Positions 47,006-58,911 of a stretch of DNA of 64,000 nucleotides are shown one piece after another; position 1 is the first letter of the stretch; the number at the start of each line of letters is the position of its first letter. The position numbers were made by a program, and so were the translations under genes. Under the pieces are notes generated by a model, which worked only from the letters and a program-made list of their open reading frames with translations, did not search any database and had not been told where the DNA came from. This stretch comes from Vezdaea acicularis (lineage: Eukaryota). The stretch spans positions 1 through 64,000 of the forward strand of contig JAPEUI010000075.1 in NCBI GenBank assembly GCA_026025075.1, given 5' to 3'.

Positions 47006-49550
47006 ATGCAGTACGTACGAAGCATCAGTGGATCGGTGTCCAAGACATGGAACTCAATCAATCCAGCAACACTCAGTGGTGCAATTGATGTAATAGTACT
47101 TGAGCAAGAAGATGGTAGGGACATTACAAGGCTAAAGGATCACGAAACTCACCTTCACTGTAGGCTCACTGGCCTGTTCCCCTTTTCATGTTCGGTTCGG
47201 CAAATTCTCACTTCTCCGCCCGTACGAGAAAAAGGTGCGTTGTCATTTCTTACAAAGGTTTCACCTCGGTAATCTCAATTGTTCAATAGGTTGAGTTCCG
47301 TGTCAACGATGTTAAGCAAAATTTTGCCATGAAGTTGGGTGAGGGTGGAGAAGCATTTTTCGTCTTTGAGACGGCCGACGAGATCCCCGAAGGTCTCCAA
47401 ACATCCCCTCTTGTCTCCCCAGCCGTGAGCCCAAAGAATCCACCCTCTGGACAGAAAATGCCATCTGTCCTTCAAGAGCCCGAATTCTTGGACCTGGCGA
47501 CTGTTAGTGCTGCCCAAGATCCAAGCCGTGCACCTGAGCCAGGGATGCTGCAAAGTAAAGGAAGATCACATACTGATCTTGGTCAGTCTCACTAATTTAA
47601 AACTCTAAGATGGGTCTCTAATATATCGCAGGGAACTTGACCCCGCTCTCTAGGTCCCCTGATGATAGCTCAATGCGTCCAGGATCCGGTGACTGGTCAG
47701 AGATGCCTGAGAAGAGGCCGGGATATGGTCGATCTGTCTCTAACGAAGATATGCTCCTGCCCCAAGGACGCAATTTCCTAAACTCCCGAAGTGATTCTAA
47801 TCTACCTCAAGTTCTTCCAATTATCACATCTGAACCGCGAACAGCTTCAGATGACGCAAATGCTTCACACCCAGAGCGCGCTAACAGTCCCCCTCCAGTT
47901 CCAACCGAAAAGGCAGTCATTAGGGCTAAGTCCTTGTCACATAAGCTCATTGTATCTAATATTCCGACGCATGTGACCGAGAGTGGAGATCTTATGCTCG
48001 ATATGACAGGGTATAAAAGTAGTGACGATGAGGCCCTACGCGCAGAGATTGTGGCAAGGAAGATACTCTCCGAGGAGCTTGACGGAAATTACGATATTGG
48101 AGCTCTGATTGGTGCTGATGCGCAAGGGAACCTATGGATCTATAGCAGTGAAGAAGCTAAAGAAGCTGCGGGACGACGGGCCGGGTATCAGCAATACCCA
48201 TCAGCATCGATCATTACGAGCGATAGTGCATCTGACCCTGGCTATCAATCTGAGAGTGAGAAGCTTCCAGTAGTGTCGGCCTTAGAAGGCCAAGAGCGTC
48301 GAAGGCCATCAGACGCAGCAGACAATGTTATAATGACTCCACCGCAAACCCCCCCTGAAGATGGTGCAGCTGGCGACCCAAATAGGAATTACGCCAAGAC
48401 TCTGAGGTTAACAAGTGATCAGCTGAAGGCATTGGGGCTTAAACCAGGGCCTAATTCTATGAGCTTTAGCGTCAACCGCGCGACTTGCCAGGCAAACATG
48501 TTTTACTGGAAACATGATGTCCCTATTGTTGTTTCTGACATAGATGGAACTATCACGAAGTGAGTACATGCGCGCGTTGTGGGATCTTCGTAATCTAACC
48601 CGCATCCTAGATCTGATGCGCTTGGACATGTGCTGAATATGATTGGTCGTGATTGGACCCATCTTGGTGTGGCGAAGCTATATACAGATATAGTCGCGAA
48701 TGGCTATCACATCATGTATCTCACAAGCAGGTCCGTTGGCCAGGCTGATACGACAAGGAACTACCTCAGTGGAGTGGTTCAGGACAACTATAAGCTTCCA
48801 GTAGGACCCGTTATTATGAGCCCGGATAGAACAATCGCGGCGTTAAGGAGAGAGATCTATTTACGAAAACCGGAGGTGTTTAAGATGGCCTGCCTAAGAG
48901 ACATCCAAAACTTGTTCAACCTAACACAGAACCCCTTCTACGCAGGGTTTGGAAACAGGCTTACAGATGCTTTAAGTTACCGGTCGGTTAATATTCCCAG
49001 GACTCGCATATTCACGATTAATTCGAACGCGGAAGTCTCGCTGGATCTGCTCACTCTTAACAAATATAAGAGTAGCTACGTCAGCATGCGTGAACTTGTG
49101 GACCACTTCTTTCCGCCAGTCTCGTTACTAGTAAAGGGTGGTGGCGAGGAGTATACTGATTTCAACTATTGGCGTGAGCCTTTACTAGAGATCGACGACT
49201 TCTCTGCAAGTGACAGCGAAGATGATGACAACGCTAGAGGTAGCGTGAGGAGCGAGGACGAGGGTAGTGATGGTCTTGGCGAAGGAGAGGAAGGAGACGA
49301 GATGGGCGAGAGTTTCCTATCAAGAGAGTCAATGGATGATGGCGGGGAAATGGTCGACTCGATGCTTGAAGGATCAGCTGCTGAGGATGGAAGTGCCATC
49401 GGTGAACCCCCTATACTGGGTAACGAGGAATTGGCTGAGGCAGATGTCCATACCCTTGACTTGGAAGGACCCATAAACGCTACTGTCGACCTGGGCCCAA
49501 AGAAAAATCTTGTGTCCATGGGCCAATCAAACAAAGACGCATCACTATGA
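47006..49550 (+). CDS. PAH1: Lipin phosphatidate phosphatase (Pah1/Ned1/Smp2)
   Basis: N-LIP NPATLSGAIDVIV...CSPFHVRFGK...MKLGEGGEAFFV; HAD motif SDIDGTITKSD; AGFGNR. Introns 47115-47163, 47235-47289, 47582-47631 and 48560-48610. Confidence 0.96.
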
Positions 49551-50162
49551 AACCCAACGAAAAATTTAGCACTAGCATTGGGAGAAGACGCATCCTGCAG
49601 CTCCACTCAGCCTACTACGCTCAAGTATTAAAATCTTGAGGTGGGATTTCATTACTACTGTTGTAGGCATGTTATTCTGTGGGGTTATGTAGGGAAGAGG
49701 CGGATACGGTGTGCTTCGGTCTTTTCGTATGGGAGGGAAAGGGATAACGGTATAATGGGAGCACATGGGCGGCGTTTTGATAAACGTGTAATCGTTCAAA
49801 TAGATGCATCTTGCATAGCGAAAACATACCGTAACTGCACAGCAGGTTGCATTGGAACGGAAAAATTTGATACTACAACACTGAGGTTTTTGTCTTTGTT
49901 CGTGACTGTGAGGTGTCCCTCACTTTCTTTTAGCTATTGACAGCCGACGTAAGCGGAAACTCAAAGAATTCCAAGGCAGGTTAGCGTAGCTTTCACCAGT
50001 GACCCCCGAGTTTATTGACTAGATTTCATATGGCCAGATAAAGGCACACAATCGCCTTCAGCAATGAACAGATAATAAGCGGCCCTCAATCACGCATAAA
50101 CTGTACTTCGTCACTCCTCTCACCGTCGCAGTACTAGGGTTCAATATAGTAGGCAAACCCCG

Positions 50163-50873
50163 ATGGCGACACCGAACGGCGCTGCTCCTTCCCCCCAACC
50201 TACAAACGGTGTAAATTATGCAACACAGCACGCTTCGCCAGATCGCCCTACAAACCTCACCACCGCAAACCCCCGAACCTCAGTACAAGATACCGGTGTC
50301 TCTCGCCGCCCCCGTGATGCACGCCTCATCCACCTCATCCTCGCCAATCAAGGCGTAACCGCCTATCAAGAGCGTGTCCCGCTCCAACTCCTCGATTACG
50401 CCTACCGCTATACATCTGGAATATTACAAGATTCCTTGCATCTTAGTGCCGAAGGCTATGGTCAGTCGAACTCTGGAAGTGGTTCTCGAGGAGTTGGATC
50501 TGGGGGCTCGGGAGGGGAGGGGGGCAATATCTCCTTGGCTGCTTTGAAGCTGAGCATTTCTTCAAAGCTGGCGTATCAGCACCAATCCGCGATGCCGAAG
50601 GAATTTTTGATTTCGAAAGCGAATGAAAAGAATAAAGTTGCGCTGCCAACTCCGAGGGGGGAGTACGGGATAAGGCTCCCGCACGAGAGATACTGTCTTA
50701 CGGGCGTGGGATATGGACTAAGAGAAGAGTGGGAGAGTGAGGAGGAATTCGTGGAGGGGAGTAAAGAGGTGGAAGGAGTAAAGGATGAAGACGAGGAGAT
50801 GGGCGAAGATGTTGAGGGGGGTACCGCAGAGGATCTATTTGGAGAAGGAGACAGGAATATGGAGGAGACGTGA
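50163..50873 (+). CDS. TAF9: TFIID/SAGA subunit Taf9
   Basis: PRDARLIHLILANQGVTAYQERVPLQLLDYAYRYTSGILQDS histone fold, and KNKVALP...RLPHERYCLT. Confidence 0.93.
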   Translation: MATPNGAAPSPQPTNGVNYATQHASPDRPTNLTTANPRTSVQDTGVSRRPRDARLIHLILANQGVTAYQERVPLQLLDYAYRYTSGILQDSLHLSAEGYGQSNSGSGSRGVGSGGSGGEGGNISLAALKLSISSKLAYQHQSAMPKEFLISKANEKNKVALPTPRGEYGIRLPHERYCLTGVGYGLREEWESEEEFVEGSKEVEGVKDEDEEMGEDVEGGTAEDLFGEGDRNMEET

Positions 50874-51140
50874 GGTTCTGAATCACCGAGGGAGCTTCGA
50901 GCATGACTTAGTGTGGAGATATTGGATATTAGCGATGCATACTGAGAAAGTGGCGTTTGGGACTTGCAAAGAGGGACCAAATCATGACATGGGGGATAAA
51001 TGGCTTTTGCCTCAGCCCATTCATGCAGCCAGGATGTTATGTAGAATATATAGGCTTTCTAACAACCCGCTAAAAATGCCCTAAACGCCGTGGTATGCAC
51101 TGTACACAAGATCATACTTATTTCTGCCCCCGCTTCCCTG

Positions 51141-51686
51141 TCACCGCTTCTTGAGGGTCTGTTCTGGGTCTTTGTATGTTCTATTTCCGTTCTCGTCCAG
51201 CCCCCACCACTCGCGATGAAACTTCCTCTTCTCCTCAATCTGCCTCTCCTTCTCTTCCCTCTCCCTCCTTCTCTCTAGTCTTGTCGCGAACCATTCCTCT
51301 CGAGCCCGGTCTTCTTCATCTCGTGTAGCGTGCTGCACCATACAAGCGTTCATGGCTAAGCGTTGTGTCCTGCATGCCCAAGTGGCTGATACAGTCCGAT
51401 TTATAGCGCATTCGGCGAAGCCTGTAGGGGTGTTAATTGGGGATGACAGACAAAGTGGAAGTATGAGTGTTGGGTACGGGAGTGGGAATGGGGAATAGAG
51501 GGAACAAAGCGGGAAAGGCTCCGTAGACAGACTTTTTATCTCTGAGGCACATTTACCCCGCACGCGAGCATAATAGAGGTCTCGGACTTGTTGTTCCTGG
51601 GATGCAGATAGTGGCAGTGGGTTAGTCGATTGGATAGGTTGAGGTCGTTCGGGTGCATTAGCGGCAGCAGACTGCGTCGCCATCAT
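51141..51686 (-). CDS. CMC1: Twin CX9C COX assembly protein (Cmc1-like)
   Basis: Removing intron 51422-51532 restores C-ASEIKSFAE-C and C-RTQRLAMNA-C, both CX9C. ATG at 51686 or 51683. Confidence 0.85.
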   Translation of the reverse strand: MMATQSAAANAPERPQPIQSTNPLPLSASQEQQVRDLYYARVRGKCASEIKSLSTEPFPLCSLYSPFPLPYPTLILPLCLSSPINTPTGFAECAINRTVSATWACRTQRLAMNACMVQHATRDEEDRAREEWFATRLERRREREEKERQIEEKRKFHREWWGLDENGNRTYKDPEQTLKKR

Positions 51687-51811
51687 GGCGAACACCCTTT
51701 TCAGGGCTGACAGCCAATTGAGAGAGGCAAAACTCGACGCTTCGATTGCGAGTGCTTTGCGGTGCTGATGTAAACCGAAGTCGTCTTGAAATTCGACGAA
51801 GTGCAGCCATA

Positions 51812-51855
51812 GCTCGCTAAGTGCTCCGGATTTCTTGAGATGCATATTCGCTAAT
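51812..51855. promoter_or_regulatory. Three-box motif set in the CMC1/UTP11 bidirectional promoter
   Basis: GCTCGCTAAG 51812-51821, CCGGATTT 51826-51833, ATTCGCTAAT 51846-51855. Confidence 0.55.
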
Positions 51856-51976
51856 ATTCAGATTTCGTTACCCGTTTTCTCCCACCTCCCTCAGGCTAAT
51901 TCTACCAGAACGACGATTAGTGACTGTTTTTAAAGATTGGACTTAAGGTACCTCAATTCTTTTCTGGAGTACAGCG

Positions 51977-52871
51977 ATGTCATCTATGCGAAATGCCGTC
52001 CAGCGGCGTTCCCACAAAGAGCGTGCGCAGCCCACAGAAAGATCTAAATGGGGTTTACTGGAGAAGCACAAGGTTCGATAAAGACATTTGATACATTCGG
52101 GTATATCCTTATAGAGACTAACAATTGCTTTCACAGGACTATTCACTTCGTGCACGCGATCACAATGTTAAAAAAGCCCGACTGAAGGCTCTTCAAGCCA
52201 AGGCCAGAGATCGAAATCCAGACGAGTTCTCCTTCCGTATGCTGTCGACGACCCTCTCGTCAAAATCTGGCACTCAAAGCATATCGCGCGGGAATGAATC
52301 ACTGTCGGCGGATACTGTAAGGCTTCTCAAAACACAAGATATTGGCTATTTAAGAACTGCTCTGGGAAAAGTGGCAGCAGAGAGGAAGAGAGCCGAGGAA
52401 AGCTACATGATAGGCTCAATACATGGGGGAGAAGAAAGTCCTCTGAGAATAGCTGGGGTCGAGAGAAAGAGAGGCAACAAAACAATCTTCGTTAACGACC
52501 AAGATGCGCAGAAGCAATTTAATGGCGGCCTTCTTGGATTCGATACTACTAAACAGGAGGATTCACAGAATAATCAAGCTCTCCATGGTGACTTCGATGA
52601 TAACAATGCAACCACAGCCCATAGGCATGCTCTAAGATCTGCGAAGCTAGAAACTCGACGACGTGCAGAAGAGGCGGCCTTACTGAAGAAAGCGAGGAAA
52701 TCACAAACATCTCGCGGGACACGAGTTGAAGCCATGAAGGAAAGAGAGAATGCTCTCAAATTAGCAGAAAAAGAGGTGGAGATGCAGAGATTAGGGATGG
52801 GAAAGAAACGCCAGGGAATAGGAATGAACAAGTGGGGCACCAAGTTCCGGTTTCGAGAGAGGAGGAATTGA
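51977..52871 (+). CDS. UTP11: U3 snoRNA-associated protein Utp11
   Basis: [37 protein letters not shown]...[10 protein letters not shown]...LLKTQDIGY...FRFRERRN. Intron 52073-52136. Confidence 0.95.
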
Positions 52872-53857
52872 CTATAACTGGGATGTACCGCTAAGCAGTG
52901 GCGACCGCACCTTAAAGCATGTATAGTGGAACATTCCCTATTCAACTCGAATCGTGGCTTTGTCAAGAGTTCGATCATGCGACAATGACATTTGTCGAAA
53001 TATTGAGATCCTGGGCATCTTTTACCGAGCCGACTTTTAAGTCTTGGGAAGTCATTCCATCCTGCTTGGTTCGTAAGGTGAATGAATCGCTCTTCTCAGT
53101 AGAATTCTGGTGTACTCACTTAGTTTGTCAAATATAGGCCAGATAGATACTTAGTGTGCAAGCAACCTCCCATCGTTGTCGCTTCACGACTATTCTGTGT
53201 CGCACCCTTGTTTCTCCTCCTGACAGGCAATCCCAAATAAATGCTATGAAGGGCAGCTGGGTGTCTGTACTTTCCTTCGTTCTGCCAACTTTACGCTTCT
53301 GGAGTCTCTGTTCGCCTGTACCTGAAACATGGCCTCGAAACAGTCAAAATTATCCACATGCTAATGCTTCACTGGAAGCAAACACTATGGAATCTGCTCA
53401 CATCGAGAGATTTCCTAGTGTGAGCTACCTTTGGAAGTGAAGCACCTACAATACTTCGACAAGGAATCCAAATAGCTAAATTCCGCATGCAGCAATGCGG
53501 ACATCTCGGCTTGATCTCTGATCGATCTTTCCAAGATTAACCTTCTAGCTGACCAGCCAACGAGCGATCAGACCTCTTTATAGCCCTTGCGCTCAATAAT
53601 CGGCTCAGTTGACATCATAGCATAGACCTCAGCTTTTGCTAATAACATTGTTAAAGTCCATCATAACCTTTCTCTTTCGCGTGTTGTTTGCTTGATCTAC
53701 TAGCAGTATAAATTGCTCGGCCCTGCAATCAATCTCTTCTAAGTGTCGGATACGGCATTGATCACGTCCTTTAATACCTCAACCACTCATTTGCTTTACA
53801 CTTGCCTCAGTAGATTCTGGCACTTTGAAGACTGAGCGGAAAAAGAATAATGCGATC

Positions 53858-55329
53858 ATGGTCCGTATCGCTACATTGCTATGGGCGCTTCTCTCTTTAA
53901 GCATCGTAAAAGCGCTTCCTAGGTATGATGATTGAGTCTTCGATAACAGAGGCCTGAAGAGCACGAGCTAAATCTAGGGATAAAGGAAAACCCTAGGTCG
54001 GAGAGCGGTGCAATTCGCATTTGGTAAAGACCAAGTTCGAGGTCTTAATGCTGGTGGCTGGCTACTCTTGGAGCCGTAAGTCCTATTGCTGGGCCTGAAA
54101 GCTTGTAAGGCTGACGATGTTTCCCCAGTTGGATCACCCCATCTATATTCCAGGCTCAAAAGGGTCCCATTGACGAATATACTCTCACGCAACAGCTTGG
54201 TCATGATGCGGCTCTTGCCGTTCTCAAGCCACACTGGGACACTTTTATCACATTTGAAGACTTCCAGAAGGCCGCGCAAAGCGGCTTCAATACTATCCGA
54301 ATCCCAATAGGATACTGGGCATATCAAACTCTCCCACAAGATCCCTACGTTCAAGGAGCTGCGGACTACATTGATGCGGCGATTGATTGGGCAAGAGCCT
54401 TAGGCCTCAAAATTTGGATAGATCTTCATGGCGCACCTGGAAGCCAGAATGGACTTGACAATAGTGGACGAAAAGGGGGTATATACTGGGAAGAAGATCA
54501 GTTCGTGAAGCTCACGCTGAGCGTACTCAACCAAATCAGCCAGAAATACGCGCAACCAGATTATCAAGACGTCGTCGTTGCGATTGAGCTGTTGAACGAG
54601 CCGATGGGTCCAACGCTTGATGATGTCAAGCTAAAGCAGTTCTACTATGATGGCTTTGGCCAAGTGCGCGCTGTCAGCGACACGGCTGTAGTATTGCACG
54701 ATGCCTTTCTCAGCCCGGCGTATTGGAACGGAATACTGACGCCCCAAGACAGTAATGCGCAGAACGGTGAGCGAGCGAATTCTTCTTTCACAATATGCTT
54801 TGACTGACATGTGCCGTTAGTCCTCATGGATCACCACGAATACCAAATATTTGAATTGGACAATATTAGATGGTCCAACACTGTGGGTGCTTTCCCCCAA
54901 ATTTTGGAAACCAAGCTAAATGTCTTAATACAGGAACATGCCCAAAAGGCCTGTTCCCTTGTTGATACCTACCGCGTCTCTGATAAATGGGTCGTCGTGG
55001 GTGAGTGGACGGGTGCAATGACCGACTGTGCCAGTGCACTTAATGGCTACGGTATCGGTGCTCGATACGACGGAACGTACCCCGGAAGTTCATACGTTGG
55101 GTCATGCGCCACGATCAACTTTCTGGAACAGTGGAGCCAACAGCTCAAAGACCATACCAGGCGCTACATCGAAGCGCAGCTGGATACCTTTGAACAGAAG
55201 ACAAATGGGTGGATATTTTGGACTATGAAAACCGAGGGAAGCCCGGAATGGGATGCATTTCGCCTCATTGACGCTGGAATCTTTCCACAACCACTGAACG
55301 ACAGGAAATTTCCCCCGGTTTGTGGCTAG
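53858..55329 (+). CDS. EXG1: Secreted GH5 exo-beta-1,3-glucanase (Exg1/ExgA-like)
   Basis: Signal peptide; VRGLNAGGWLLLEPWITPS; RIPIGYW; DLHGAPGSQNGLDNSG; acid/base NEP; nucleophile VGEW. Introns 53923-53985, 54076-54128, 54767-54820 and 54883-54933. Confidence 0.93.
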
Positions 55330-55524
55330 CAATCCCCAAAAGGATCGCTGGACAGCTCGTTAGGAATGAGCGTGATTAAGGCAACATTGAAATTTGTATT
55401 CATTGGCAAATTGGGTCTGATGGATGGGAGCTAAGTGCGTGAAATCAATAGCTGCCGAGATCCCCGCTATAGATCTTCTAAAATCAGGTAAGGTTCTCAT
55501 TCGTCGCCGAAAGTGGTGCAATCC

Positions 55525-57861
55525 TCAGTCTCTCCTCTCTTCCCAAATGACGCCAAACTCATTCGAAGGAACAAATACTCTGTCTCCCTCATCATCCACC
55601 CACAAATTATTACTTCCCCAGCCACTGCCTTGATTATGCGTATAATGGTGCTCGCCCAACCCATTTGACTGAACAACATCGGAGGTGTGTTGGAAATAGT
55701 CATTGTTGTAGAATGAATCCACTTGGTCTAAACCCTGTGTAGAATCAGCGGTAACCCTTTGCCAGCCGAGTCCAGCTGCGTATGAATCGTCGATTGAGCT
55801 TGGATCCGGTATCTGGCTTCTGGAAGTCAATGTTGAAGCGTCTGTAGGTCTACTTCTATCCATCCCAATTAGGTGAGAAGGCGTAGGTATAGTACCAAGG
55901 TCGTTGTAAGCATGATTGATATTTAGCGGCAACTGTGTGTAGGGAGAGATATGGATCGCGTTGCAATCATGCGCTTCAGTGCCGGTTTCAAGATGCTGCG
56001 AGGGGACCGTTGTCGGCATTAGACTTGCGTTGGAGCTCACAACATCTTGGCCATTCCACAAGATACCGTCAATACTGTCACTTGGATGAGGTAGAGGTGG
56101 GATTGATGGAAACTCTAACGAAGTTTTGAGAGTAGAAGACGCTGGAGGGATCAGATACTGCCAAGTAGTTTTCCCAGGGCTGTCACCCTTAGTTTTCTTA
56201 AATTGCCATAGAAAAATGGCGATTCGCTGGGGTCCCTCCAAAGATGGCTTAAAAAGCTCTTGCATAATCTTAATTGAATCAAGCTCGCGTTGTATGCCTT
56301 CTTCGATATTTGAGTGCCCGCCCTTTAAGTCAAGTTCGTGCGCGAATTGCGAAAATAGTCCGGCCCAGAAGGGAGCAGCACTTCGTGGGCTAAGACCAAT
56401 CTCAGCATCAGTGGCTGATCGAGAGACGGGCACACTCTCTTTTGCTTTATCCCACACAGTCCTCCCATCCTTGTAGATGTGTGTGTCACAAAGCCAGCAT
56501 TCATCCGAGAATGCACCAGCCGATGTGGCTAACTCAAACTGAATAATAACGTTGCCCCGCGTAGAGGGATCTGTCGTTATTGCTAAGCTGGTATGGAAAT
56601 TGATGATCTTACAGTTGATTCCACCGGAATGGTGAACGTTCCTGAGGTGAGGAAAGTAGGCATCCCAATGTGGGACTGACTCAAGCAAGGCCGAACGGCG
56701 CTGAGCACTACGGCCAGCAACAAGTGAGGTAAAGGTATGCATGTTCTGGACCTTCGATTCCTCCGGCCTCTCTGAGCTACACCAGATTCTGAACTGGATA
56801 GGACGAATCCCTCTTCTGGCATGGCCTACCAGCACTCTATCATCTGAATTGACTCTCAAGGTGCTCTCGGTTGGATAGCCATTGAAAGAATTATCGGATA
56901 GTTCATCATCATAAAATCGCTCCCAAGGTTGCTGATTCAGCCCCAATTTGTCGGGCTCAGTGGTCAATGCTCTAACTGATTGATGGTTAGCTTGCTTCAT
57001 TACTAGGACACCGTTCTCTCTGAATACTGACAGTCGATATTACCTGATAGTTTTCCCTTCAGCACCTGTATGTGACTTGATATCTGCTTCCTGCTTCTGT
57101 ACTCGTTGGTCTTCCAATATATGTAATCCGAGACGAGTTCATTCCTACCCATCTTATCTTTCGGCCCGTCGACCTTCTGCCATATCACCTTCTCTACAGG
57201 TTCTCTGATTTCTGTTCGAGTGGATTCATCCTTTTCCGTCCTACAATAATGATAAAATCTTGGAGGCCCCTCTGGTCCCCAATACTTGACTTCTGACCTG
57301 AAAATCTTACGCCGACCTATTGGTGGCCAAAACGCCATTGCTTCGCAACGAAGATCAGTCATGCTTGAACAAAGCGAACCTGGCTATCTAGAGCTTACCT
57401 TCCAGGAAACAATACTCTAGCTCATCGGGCCAGTGTGTAGCATCATCTTTTACTGCCCCTTCTTTCTCCGTGCTTTCAACAGGGCGTCGCTTCTTCTCAT
57501 TCGCTTCCTTTCTATACTGGAGAAAAGCCTCTGCGTCGTGGGAAGAGATCTTCTCGAAGATCTTCCTTCCGTCTACTTTGCGTGAGCCACGGCACATTCT
57601 ACCTCGCAAAAGAGCGCCGGAGCCACGCGGAGGCTTGGAACGTGCATGGCTTCGATATTGCTGTATGCTTTTCCGCAGAGGTGGCAGCAGTGGTGAGGCC
57701 TTTTTGCTAGAGCTTGATACTAAGGCTTCCTTATCTAGTCCTGAATTTTGGACGTTGCCCGTAGTATCCTGGAGGGCTCTTCGTGCACCGTCTTCGGTCT
57801 CTGGGACTGTTCGGCAGATATCACTGAAATTTAATTCTGGCAAGGGACGCTGTAAATCCAT
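55525..57861 (-). CDS. TEA/ATTS-domain transcription factor (AbaA/Tec1 family)
   Basis: WPDELEYCFLE|AM..WPPIGRRK...GRNELVSDYIYWKT...RSRKQISSHIQVLK. Introns 57341-57398 and 56976-57031. Confidence 0.88.
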
Positions 57862-58911
57862 TGGCAGAGAAAACAAACGGTCCCTTAACAAGAATGTCCG
57901 CAAGCACCTCCGCCTTTAGAGTACGGTTCGTTCAAGTACACTTAGAAGAATGGAATTTTTGCAGAAGAATCTGGATTGAGATAATAGAAAAACGGAAGCA
58001 TGAGGTTGAAGGGCGCTTCAGAGCGAGAGGGTTGCAAGAAATATGGGAACGAAGGACGAGGAGACTTGTTTTTCTTGGATATTCTATTGCCTTGAACGCG
58101 TCGTGAAGCTATAATTTGATGAGGGGTAACGAGAGGAATGCCATTCTCGATCGAATCGGTAACTCTTGACAGTCTTGCCGAGCTAGAAGCTTAAGGTTCG
58201 CCCCCTGAAAATAATCCTTAAAGCAAGGGGATGAAGTGACCACAGATCGACCCAAGACACGCCCTTAAGAATTCGCCATATCTCTTGAGCCAGATAGTGC
58301 TCTATATTAGATTTGTACCTGCCCAGGAATGAGTGGCGTCACGTATGTTTAGCAAAACCGATGGACGAGCGCATCAACCGCATTCCCCAGAACTACGGTA
58401 TTGTTCTACGGTCGACTCAACGACCTGTCTCACACTTTTGGACATACCAGAGGTTGTCCATTGTACAGACTTTAGAGGTAGTCATTGATCCACAGGCTAT
58501 CGTCAGCGATTAGTTTGGAGCTGAGCGGTGGTGATGAAAAAAATCAAAGACCTTAGGATTGTCGAATTGATGATATTGACGATACACTCGAATAAAAATA
58601 CCGAGCGCCGCTTGGGAATATCTAGTCTGTCTATCGATAATTAGCCCTGTGCGAACTTGAGGGTCTTTCGGAAGGTAGGCATGCTGTGTCCTGAAAAGCT
58701 AAGCGAGAAGAGGGATGGTGCTAGCTAGTCCCCTTCATGAGGCTTTACCTATCTAAGGCGTAGATAGCACCCTTGAATGGTTGTCGCCATAGCCAGAAGA
58801 GTCGCACGCGTTCACAATTAAAATTTGATCGACACTGCTTCCACGCAAGGAAGTTGACCACAGAGTACCATCGTCATTTTAATCATGAGTCTCATTTAAG
58901 GAACACCCTGG

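Noticed and set aside
51687..51845. Upstream ATG extension of the CMC1 ORF (234-aa call)
   Set aside because: It runs through the shared promoter boxes and adds no Cmc1-like sequence.
52869..52877. TGA-CTA readthrough context at the UTP11 stop
   Set aside because: A TAA follows immediately, adding only two residues, and a peroxisomal role is implausible for a nucleolar protein.
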